This document shows positions 57,348 through 64,000 of a stretch of DNA of 64,000 nucleotides, one piece after another. The DNA comes from an uncultured Actinomycetes bacterium (GTDB lineage Bacteria > Actinomycetota > Actinomycetes > Streptosporangiales > Streptosporangiaceae), in assembly GCA_963757545.1 (NCBI GenBank), contig CAVWSA010000025.1:6898-70897 (forward strand), written 5' to 3'. The first letter of the stretch is position 1. The number at the start of each line of letters is the position of its first letter. The notes below the pieces were generated by a model. It searched no databases. It was not told the origin of the DNA and saw only the letters and a program-made list of their open reading frames with translations. Position numbers and translations under genes: made by a program.

Positions 57348-57980
57348 CTAATCGCCGCCCGCGATGGCCACGGCTTCCGCCGTCAGCTTGGTGATCTCGT
57401 CGAAGTTCCCGGCGCGCAGCAGGCCGGCCGAGGCCATCCAGCTGCCGCCGGCCGCCAGCACGGCGGGATGGCCGAGATAGCCAGCGAGATTGGCCGCCGT
57501 GATCCCGCCGGTCGGGATGAACCTCATCATCGGCAGCGGCGCGCTGAGCGCCTTCAGCATGGCCACCCCGCCCAGCGGCTCGGCGGGGAAGAACTTCACC
57601 GTCTCGATGCCCGCGTCGAGCGCGGCCATCAGTTCGGTTGCCGTCGCCACGCCCGGGAAGACCGGCACCGACCGGGCCTGGCAGTGCCGCACGACCTCCA
57701 GGCTCAGGCCCGGCGTGACGATGTAACGGGCGCCCGCGTCGATGACCCGGGCCGCCTGGGCGGCGTTCAGCACCGTCCCCGCGCCCACCACGATGCCAGG
57801 GTCGGCGGCCATGGCCCGGATCGCCGCCTCGGCCGCCGCCGTCCGCAGGGTGATCTCGGCGCAGCGCACGCCGCCGCGCTGCAGCGCCGCGGCGAGCGGC
57901 CGGGCCGCCCCCGGGTCGTCGATCACCACCACCGGGACCAGACGGGCCGCCGTGATGGCCGCGAGGACTTCCGTCATCAT
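57348..57980 (-). CDS. eda: 2-dehydro-3-deoxyphosphogluconate (KDPG) aldolase
   Basis: Contains VPVVVIDD, CAEITLRT, VGAGTVL, YIVTPG, VKFFPAEP (Schiff-base Lys) and IPTGGI. Confidence 0.9.
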   Translation of the reverse strand: MMTEVLAAITAARLVPVVVIDDPGAARPLAAALQRGGVRCAEITLRTAAAEAAIRAMAADPGIVVGAGTVLNAAQAARVIDAGARYIVTPGLSLEVVRHCQARSVPVFPGVATATELMAALDAGIETVKFFPAEPLGGVAMLKALSAPLPMMRFIPTGGITAANLAGYLGHPAVLAAGGSWMASAGLLRAGNFDEITKLTAEAVAIAGGD

Positions 57981-58023
57981 GCCTCCTGACGTGCCGGTTC
58001 ACGGTCAGCCCAGCGAGCGCATG

Positions 58024-58043
58024 CATACTACCATGGTAGTATG
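58024..58043. promoter_or_regulatory. perfect 20-bp palindrome CATACTACCATGGTAGTATG, candidate operator of the adjacent GntR regulator
   Basis: It lies in the 147-nt divergent region between eda (start 57980) and gntR (start 58128). A half-site-like ATAGTGGTAGTAG follows at 58052-58064. The region is locally AT-rich. Confidence 0.5.
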
Positions 58044-58127
58044 TTCAGGCAATAGTGGTAGTAGCGGCCATTAGCAGGGATGGTGGTGGCCAGCGGCGCG
58101 GCCCACGTGGCAGGAGCAGGAGCCCCC

Positions 58128-58922
58128 ATGGTGACATCGGACATCCAGCCGCCTGGACTGGGGCTTTCCAGCCAGCAGGCCCGGGAGTCCTCGGTGCGCG
58201 GGCAGGTGTACCGGCTGCTGCTGCGCGACATCGTGCAGTGCCGGGCCGAGCCCGGGCAGCCGCTGTCGGAGAAGGAGGTCGCCGCGGCCCTGGGGGTGAG
58301 CCGGACTCCGGTCCGCGAGGCGTTCCTGCAGCTGGCCGAGGACGGGCTGCTCATCATCTCGCCGCAGCGCGGGACGGCGGTGGCCAGGATCAGCACCCGC
58401 CAGGTCCGCCAGGCCCAGTTCGTCCGTGAGGTGCTGGAACGGGCGGTGCTGGCGCTGGACTGCCGGCACACCACCGCGGACGCCTGCGGCGGGCTGGACA
58501 GCGCCCTCTACGCGCAGCGTCAGGCCGCGCTGAGAAGGGATTACCCGGCGTTCTACGAGGCCGACGACCTGTTCCATGCCGAGCTCGCCCGGCTGAGCGG
58601 CTTCGACGGAATGGGCCGGCTGGCGGGCGGTGCCGGGGCCCACCTCAACCGGGTGCGCTGGCTCACCCTGCCCGAGCCGCATGGCATCGATGACGCCCTG
58701 GGCCAGCACGAGGAGATAGCCGCCGCGCTCAAGGCGGGTGACGCCCAGCGGGCCGACCAGGTGCTCACCGCGCACCTGCGCACCGTGCTCGGCATCCTGC
58801 CCGCGATACGCGAGCGGTTCCCCGGCTACTTCGACGGGGACGATGGCGACCTGCCCGCGCTGCCGGACACGGCGGGGCTGGCGATCGGCTGGCACGCCGC
58901 CCCGGGGCCGGGTGAGCAATGA
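58128..58922 (+). CDS. GntR-family (FadR-subfamily) transcriptional regulator
   Basis: w[46 protein letters not shown]-like C-terminus ([36 protein letters not shown]). ATG 58128 has AGGAG 5 nt upstream. Confidence 0.85.
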   Translation: MVTSDIQPPGLGLSSQQARESSVRGQVYRLLLRDIVQCRAEPGQPLSEKEVAAALGVSRTPVREAFLQLAEDGLLIISPQRGTAVARISTRQVRQAQFVREVLERAVLALDCRHTTADACGGLDSALYAQRQAALRRDYPAFYEADDLFHAELARLSGFDGMGRLAGGAGAHLNRVRWLTLPEPHGIDDALGQHEEIAAALKAGDAQRADQVLTAHLRTVLGILPAIRERFPGYFDGDDGDLPALPDTAGLAIGWHAAPGPGEQ

Positions 58923-60136
58923 AAATCAGCGACACAAGGGTGATCGTCACCAGCCCGGGACGGAACTTCGTCACGCTGCAGGTGTCCACCAGCGACGGGG
59001 TGACCGGCGTCGGCGACGCGACGCTCAACGGCCGGGAGCTGGCCGTGGCCAGCTACCTGCGCGACCACGTCGCCCCGCTGCTGATCGGCCGGGATCCCCA
59101 GCGCATCGAAGACACCTGGCAGTACCTGTACAAGGGGGCCTACTGGCGGGGCGGCCCGGTCACCATGACGGCGATCGCCGCGGTGGACATGGCCTTGTGG
59201 GACATCAAGGGCAAGATCGCCGGCCTGCCCGTCTACCAGTTGCTGGGCGGGGCGGCGCGGGACGGCGTGCTGGCCTACGGCCACGCCAGCGGGAACGACC
59301 TGCCCGGACTGCTCGGCTCGGTGCAGCAGCATCTGGAGCTGGGCTACCGGGCGGTGCGGATCCAGAGCGCGGTCCCCGGTCTCGGCCCGATCTACGGCGT
59401 GGGCCGTGGCGTCACCCCCGGCCGCTACGAGCCCGCGGCCCGCGGCGGCCAGCCGGCCCAGGAGACCTGGGACTCGCGGGCCTACCTGCGGCACATCCCC
59501 GGCGTGTTCGAGAAGGTCCGGGAGCGGTTCGGCCCGGAACTGCCCCTGCTGCACGACGCGCACCACCGGCTCACCCCGCTGGAGGCGGCGCGGCTCGGCC
59601 GGGCCCTGGAGCCCTACGACCTGTTCTGGCTGGAGGACGTCACCCCGGCCGAGAACCAGGACGCGCTGCGCCTGGTCCGCCAGCACACCACCACGCCGCT
59701 GGCCATCGGCGAAGTGTTCAGCTCGGTCTGGGACTGCGAGCAGCTGATCCATGACCGCCTGGTCGATTACATCCGCGTCTCGGTGGTGCACGCCGGCGGC
59801 ATCAGCCACGTCCGGCGCATCTTCGGCCTGGCCGAGGTCTACGGGGTGAAATCCGGCTCCCACGGGGCGACCGACCTGTCCCCGGTCACCATGGCCGCCG
59901 CCCTGCATCTCGACCTGGCCATCCCTAACTTCGGCATCCAGGAGTACATGCGGCACGAGCCGGCCACCGACGAGGTGTTCCCGCACGCGTACCGGTTCCG
60001 CGACGGCTACCTGCATCCCGGGGACGAGCCCGGCCTGGGCGTGTCGATCGACGAGCAACTCGCGGCGAAGTATCCCTACGCGCCCGCCTACCTGCCGGTC
60101 AGCCGGCTCGCCGACGGCACGGTGCACGATTGGTGA
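58919..60136 (+). CDS. manD: enolase-superfamily D-mannonate dehydratase (ManD/RspA-like)
   Basis: [51 protein letters not shown]...[10 protein letters not shown]...[10 protein letters not shown]...FWLEDV. ATGA overlap with gntR. Confidence 0.9.
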   Translation: MKISDTRVIVTSPGRNFVTLQVSTSDGVTGVGDATLNGRELAVASYLRDHVAPLLIGRDPQRIEDTWQYLYKGAYWRGGPVTMTAIAAVDMALWDIKGKIAGLPVYQLLGGAARDGVLAYGHASGNDLPGLLGSVQQHLELGYRAVRIQSAVPGLGPIYGVGRGVTPGRYEPAARGGQPAQETWDSRAYLRHIPGVFEKVRERFGPELPLLHDAHHRLTPLEAARLGRALEPYDLFWLEDVTPAENQDALRLVRQHTTTPLAIGEVFSSVWDCEQLIHDRLVDYIRVSVVHAGGISHVRRIFGLAEVYGVKSGSHGATDLSPVTMAAALHLDLAIPNFGIQEYMRHEPATDEVFPHAYRFRDGYLHPGDEPGLGVSIDEQLAAKYPYAPAYLPVSRLADGTVHDW

Positions 60137-60229
60137 GGGGCACGACTGGTGAGGGCACGACTGGTGAGGGCACGACTGGTGAGGGCACGACTGGTGAGGG
60201 CACGACTGGTGAGGGGCCACGACTGGTGA
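60125..60229 (+). repeat. 15-bp tandem repeat, 7 units (CACGA(T/C)TGGTGAGGG), seeded by the last codons and stop codon of manD
   Basis: The manD 3' end CAC GAT TGG TGA GGG is followed by six copies of (G)CACGACTGGTGAGG(G). Two units are 16 nt. The array ends 20 nt before the uxaC start. Confidence 0.9.
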
Positions 60230-60249
60230 ATCCGCAGCAAGGAGCGCTG

Positions 60250-61728
60250 ATGATGGATCCGGACCGCTTGTTCCCCGCCGACCCGGCGACCCGGGCTATC
60301 GCCCGCGACCTGTACGCCGAGGTCCGCGGCCTGCCGCTGATCTGCCCGCACGGGCACGTGGACCCGGCGCTGCTGGCCGACGACGCGCCACTGCCCAACC
60401 CGGCCGCGCTGTTCGTCGCGCCGGATCACTACCTCACCCGGATGCTGTACAGCCAGGGCGTGCCACCGCAGCGGCTCGGGGTGCCGGACCGCCACGGCCG
60501 GGTCCAGGTCAGCCCGCGCGAGGCGTGGCGCACGTTCTGCGCTCACTGGTACCTGTTCCGCGGCACGCCGAGCCGCCTCTGGCTGGAGCAGTCCCTCGCC
60601 GACATCTTCGGCGTGACCGAGCGGCTGGGGCCGAAGACCGCGGACGCGGTGTACGACGAGCTGACGGCGCGGATCGCCGAGCCCAGCTACCGGCCCCGGG
60701 CGCTGCTGCGACGGTTCGGCATCGAAGTGCTCGCCACCACGGACTCCCCGCTCGACAGCCTGGAGCAGCATGCCCGGCTGGCGGCGGACGGGCTGGGCGG
60801 CCAGGGCGGGCGGCCGGGGCAGGCCGCGCCGGAGGGGAACGGCCCGCGGGCCCGGGTCATCCCGACCTTCCGCCCCGACCCGGTCACCGACCCCGAGCGG
60901 CCCGGCTGGGCCGCGGCGGTCGCCCGGCTGGGTGAGCTGACCGGCGCCGCTACCGGCAGCTACGCCGGGTACCTGGACGCGCTGGCCCAGCGGCGCGAGG
61001 ATTTCAAGCGGGCCGGGGCGACCGCCACCGATCACGGCCACCCAACCGCACTCACCGCTGACCTGGATGCCGCGGACGCGGCCCGGCTGTACCAGCGGCT
61101 GCTGCGGGCCACCGGGCAGGACGGCGCGGACCCCGCCGATGCCGAGCTGTTCCGCGCCCAGTTGCTCACCGAGTCGGCGCGGATGTCCGTCGACGACGGC
61201 CTGGTGATGCAACTGCATCCGGGCGCGGTCCGCAACCACGACCGCTATCTCTACGCGGAGTTCGGCCCGGACTCGGGCGGTGACATCCCGGCCGCCACCG
61301 ACTACGTGCACGCCCTCCGCCCGCTGCTGGACCGGTTCGGTGACGACCCGCGGCTGCGGCTGGTGCTGTTCACCCTGGACGAATCGGACTACTCGCGGGA
61401 GCTGGCTCCGCTGGCCGGCGTGTACCCCGCCGTCTACCTCGGCCCGGCCTGGTGGTTCCACGACAGCCCGGAAGGCATGCGCCGCTACCGCGAGCTGACC
61501 ACGGAGACCGCGGGCTTCTACAACACCGTCGGGTTCACCGACGACACCCGCGCGTTCCCGTCCATCCCGGTGCGGCACGACGTGGCCCGCCGGGTCAACT
61601 GCGGTTTCCTGGCCCGGCTGGTCGCCGAGTACCGGCTGCCCATCGGCGAGGCCGCCGAGGTGGCCAGGGATCTCGCCTACCGGCTGCCGAAACGCGCCTA
61701 CCGCCTGGACGAAGGAGAAATCTCATGA
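60250..61728 (+). CDS. uxaC: glucuronate (uronate) isomerase
   Basis: MMDPDRLFPADPATRAIARDLYAEVRGLPLICPHGHVDPALL... AAGGAG lies upstream of ATG 60250. The track ORF 60130..61728 extends through the tandem repeat. Confidence 0.9.
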   Translation: MMDPDRLFPADPATRAIARDLYAEVRGLPLICPHGHVDPALLADDAPLPNPAALFVAPDHYLTRMLYSQGVPPQRLGVPDRHGRVQVSPREAWRTFCAHWYLFRGTPSRLWLEQSLADIFGVTERLGPKTADAVYDELTARIAEPSYRPRALLRRFGIEVLATTDSPLDSLEQHARLAADGLGGQGGRPGQAAPEGNGPRARVIPTFRPDPVTDPERPGWAAAVARLGELTGAATGSYAGYLDALAQRREDFKRAGATATDHGHPTALTADLDAADAARLYQRLLRATGQDGADPADAELFRAQLLTESARMSVDDGLVMQLHPGAVRNHDRYLYAEFGPDSGGDIPAATDYVHALRPLLDRFGDDPRLRLVLFTLDESDYSRELAPLAGVYPAVYLGPAWWFHDSPEGMRRYRELTTETAGFYNTVGFTDDTRAFPSIPVRHDVARRVNCGFLARLVAEYRLPIGEAAEVARDLAYRLPKRAYRLDEGEIS

Positions 61729-63281
61729 CCTCGGCACGGTCCCGGCTGCTCGTGCTGGCCGCGGATGATGACATCGCCGTCGCGCTGGACGACCTGGCGC
61801 CGGGTGAACGGCTGGACAACCCGTCCGGCGCACCGCCGGTGACCGTCCGCGGCCCGGTGCCGCGCGGCCACAAGATCGCCCTGCGGGAGGTGGCCGCCGG
61901 GGCGCCGGTCCACAAGTACGGCCAGATCATCGGCGTGGCGGCGGTGCCGATCCCAGCCGGGGAGCATGTGCATACGCACAACCTGGAGTTCGCCCCAGGC
62001 ATGCAGGGCGGCGCCGCCCCGGCGGGCGGCGCGGCGCCCACGGGCCCGGCCGCCAGCGGCCCCGCCGCGGCGTCCGGGCAGCTCCCCCCGCGCACGTTCG
62101 ACGGGTTCGTCCGGTCAGACGGGCGGGTCGGCACCCGCAACTACATCGGCATCCTGACCTCGGTCAACTGCTCGGCCACCGTGGCCAAACTGATCGCGCG
62201 GGAGGCCGAGCGCCGGCTGGGCTCCTTCCCCAACGTGGACGGCGTCGTCGCGCTCACCCATGGCACCGGGTGCGGCATGACCGTCACCGGCGAAGGGATG
62301 CGCCTGCTGCGCAGGACGCTGCACGGGTACGCCGCGCACCCTAACTTCGCCGCCATCCTGACTGTCGGGCTGGGCTGCGAGGTCAACCAGCTCGCCGACC
62401 TGGACCTGGCCAGCGGCCCCAACCCGGCTGCCTCCCTGACCATCCAGGAGGCGGGCGGCACCACCGCCGCGGTGCGGGCCGGGCTCGATGCGCTGGCGGA
62501 ACTGCTGCCCGCCGCGGACGCCGCACGCCGCACGCCGGTGCCGGCCAGCCGGCTGATCCTGGGCCTGGAATGCGGCGGGTCGGACGGGTACTCCGGCATC
62601 ACCGCCAACCCGGCGCTCGGCGCCGCCGCCGACCTGCTGGCCGGCTATGGCGGCACCGCGGTGCTGGGCGAGACGCCGGAGATCTACGGCGCGGAGCACC
62701 TGCTCATCGCCCGCGCCGCCGAGCCGGCCGTGGGCGACGCGATCAGGGAGCGGATCGCCTGGTGGGAGGCGTACGCCGCGCAGGACGCCGGCACGCTGGA
62801 CGGCAATCCCTCGCCGGGCAACAAGGCGGGCGGCATCACGACGATCACGGAGAAGTCGCTCGGCGCGGTGGCCAAGGGGGGTACCACGCCGCTGCGGGCC
62901 GTCTACCGCTACGCGGAGCCGGTCACCGAGCACGGCCTGGTGTTCATGGACACCCCCGGATACGACCCGGTGTCGGTGACCGGCATGGTCGCCGGGGGTG
63001 CGCAGGTGGTGTGCTTCACCACCGGGCGCGGCTCGGTGTTCGGCGGCAAGCCGGCGCCCAGCATCAAGCTGTGCTCGAACTCCGAGACCTACCGCCGGAT
63101 GACCGAGGACATGGACGTGAACTGCGGCGAGATCGCGGACGGCACCGCTACCGTGGCCGAGCTGGGCCAGCGCATCTTCGACCTGGTGCTGGCCACCGCG
63201 TCCGGACGGCGCACGGCCAGCGAGCTGCTCGGGTTCGGCGACGAGGAATTCACCCCGTGGCAGCTCGGAGCGGTCCTGTGA
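61725..63281 (+). CDS. uxaA: altronate dehydratase (UxaA/GarD family)
   Basis: N-terminal SAF-like domain (DDIAVALDDLAPGE...GHKIALREVAAGAPVHKYGQIIG). GTRNYIGILTSVNCS, GLECGGSDGYSGITANP. ATGA overlap with uxaC. A Gly/Ala/Pro-rich insert follows the SAF domain. Confidence 0.85.
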   Translation: MTSARSRLLVLAADDDIAVALDDLAPGERLDNPSGAPPVTVRGPVPRGHKIALREVAAGAPVHKYGQIIGVAAVPIPAGEHVHTHNLEFAPGMQGGAAPAGGAAPTGPAASGPAAASGQLPPRTFDGFVRSDGRVGTRNYIGILTSVNCSATVAKLIAREAERRLGSFPNVDGVVALTHGTGCGMTVTGEGMRLLRRTLHGYAAHPNFAAILTVGLGCEVNQLADLDLASGPNPAASLTIQEAGGTTAAVRAGLDALAELLPAADAARRTPVPASRLILGLECGGSDGYSGITANPALGAAADLLAGYGGTAVLGETPEIYGAEHLLIARAAEPAVGDAIRERIAWWEAYAAQDAGTLDGNPSPGNKAGGITTITEKSLGAVAKGGTTPLRAVYRYAEPVTEHGLVFMDTPGYDPVSVTGMVAGGAQVVCFTTGRGSVFGGKPAPSIKLCSNSETYRRMTEDMDVNCGEIADGTATVAELGQRIFDLVLATASGRRTASELLGFGDEEFTPWQLGAVL

Positions 63282-63378
63282 GCGCCGGCCGGGACCGGCC
63301 CGCGACCCCGGGCCGACAGGCCCGGGCGAGCGGACCGGTGGCGAAGCTCCGGGCGGCGCGAGCCGCTGGGGAGACACT

Positions 63379-64000
63379 GTGACGGAAGTCCCGGGGCCGG
63401 CCGGGGAGCGCCGGCTCAGCCTGGCCGGGCTGCCCCGGCTGCCGGCCGCGTTCCGCCCGGCCATCGACCCGCGGCAGCGCCGGGTCCGCATCGTGCACCT
63501 GGGCATCGGCGCGTTCCACCGGGCGCATCAGGCCTGGTACACCGAGGAGTGCGGCGACTGGGGCAGCTGCGGAGTGACCCTGCGCAGCCCCCGGGTGGCC
63601 GAGCAGCTCACACCACAGGACGACCTGTACACGCTGCTGGTGCGGGACGGTACGGAGGCCAGGCCCCAGGTGATCGGCGCGGTCCGTGAGGTGCGCTACG
63701 CGGGCGCCGACCCGTCGGCGGTCACCGCACGGATCGCCCAGCCGGAGGTGAGCATCGTCAGCCTCACGGTGACGGAGAAGGGCTACCGGCACGACCCGGC
63801 GACCGGCCGGCTGCGGCTCGGCGACCCGGAGATCGCCGCCGACCTGGCCGGGCGCCCACCGCAGACCGTGATCGGCCAGCTCACTGCTGGGCTGGCCGCC
63901 CGGGCCGCGGGCGGCGCCGGGCCCATCACCGTGCTGTGCTGCGACAACCTGCCCGCCAACGGGCCGGCCGTACGCGGCTTCGTGCTGGATTACGCCGAGG
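63379..64000 (+). CDS. mannitol-dehydrogenase-family oxidoreductase (fructuronate or tagaturonate reductase type), 3' end outside the window
   Basis: My own translation from GTG 63379 gives VTEVPGPAGERRLSLAGLP...VRIVHLGIGAFHRAHQAWYT...SLTVTEKGY...VLCCDNLPANG. It is not in the ORF track because the frame stays open to the window end. Confidence 0.8.
   Translation, partial: MTEVPGPAGERRLSLAGLPRLPAAFRPAIDPRQRRVRIVHLGIGAFHRAHQAWYTEECGDWGSCGVTLRSPRVAEQLTPQDDLYTLLVRDGTEARPQVIGAVREVRYAGADPSAVTARIAQPEVSIVSLTVTEKGYRHDPATGRLRLGDPEIAADLAGRPPQTVIGQLTAGLAARAAGGAGPITVLCCDNLPANGPAVRGFVLDYAE

Noticed and set aside
60125-60229. Regular short repeats that might be taken for a CRISPR array
   Set aside because: The period is only 15-16 nt, there are no spacers, and the units are direct head-to-tail copies of the manD 3' end. 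No cas genes are present in the window.
1-64000. Search for tRNA, rRNA, tmRNA, integrase attachment sites and IS elements
   Set aside because: Reading both strands, I found no T-loop (GGTTCGAATCC-like) or anticodon-arm patterns, no rRNA-like conserved stretches, and no DDE/serine/tyrosine recombinase motifs in any ORF. A covariance-model scan would be needed to exclude small RNAs formally.

Overview
Very high-G+C (by eye >70%) actinomycete-type chromosomal DNA with about 55 protein-coding genes or gene remnants. I recognised no rRNA, tRNA, CRISPR array, transposase or integrase.

Layout:
(i) 0.1-16 kb holds intact genes. These are an ArsR regulator with two membrane proteins, a histidine phosphatase, CutA, a Liv-type ABC uptake operon with an FAH-family hydrolase under a divergent GntR regulator, a COG4315-like lipoprotein, an esterase, a fused E1 alpha/beta TPP enzyme and an AAA+ ATPase.
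(ii) 16.9-49.5 kb is a block in which most genes need one or more reading-frame corrections. Up to 42 kb it contains a DUF397/XRE remnant, a PadR pair, the protocatechuate branch of the beta-ketoadipate pathway (pcaB-C-I-J-H-G-D), an ECF sigma with a putative anti-sigma, gabT, an SGNH hydrolase and DUF72. It also contains an orphan double-FtsX permease, PucR + aminotransferase + mmsA, a bacterial lysyl-oxidase homologue, and a ~1300-aa DUF4011/SF1-helicase/DUF559-nuclease gene (Hhe-like) that is the most degraded.
(iii) 42-64 kb is a plant-cell-wall island; its first cellulase and one GH28 gene still fall in the frameshifted block. It carries a GH9-CBM3c-CBM3 cellulase, a PL4 rhamnogalacturonan lyase, two GH28 polygalacturonases, a CE8 pectinesterase, an aldehyde dehydrogenase and an IlvD/Edd-family dehydratase. 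These are followed by kdgK, eda, GntR, manD, uxaC, uxaA and a mannitol-dehydrogenase-family reductase that runs off the window.

Non-genic structure:
- Two related families of GC-rich, hairpin-forming dispersed repeats sit exactly at gene boundaries. One inverted pair brackets the CE8 module and joins it in frame to GH28.
- A 15-bp x7 tandem repeat is copied from the manD stop-codon region.
- A palindromic terminator recurs at two loci.
- There are clear GntR-type operator candidates.

I did not find an intact multi-gene cluster that I can defend as a new system. The most unusual items are the boundary-seeking repeat families, the non-uniform frameshift load, and the decayed Hhe-like nuclease-helicase next to a lysyl-oxidase homologue. 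All functional calls come from motif and sequence recognition by eye; no searches were run.
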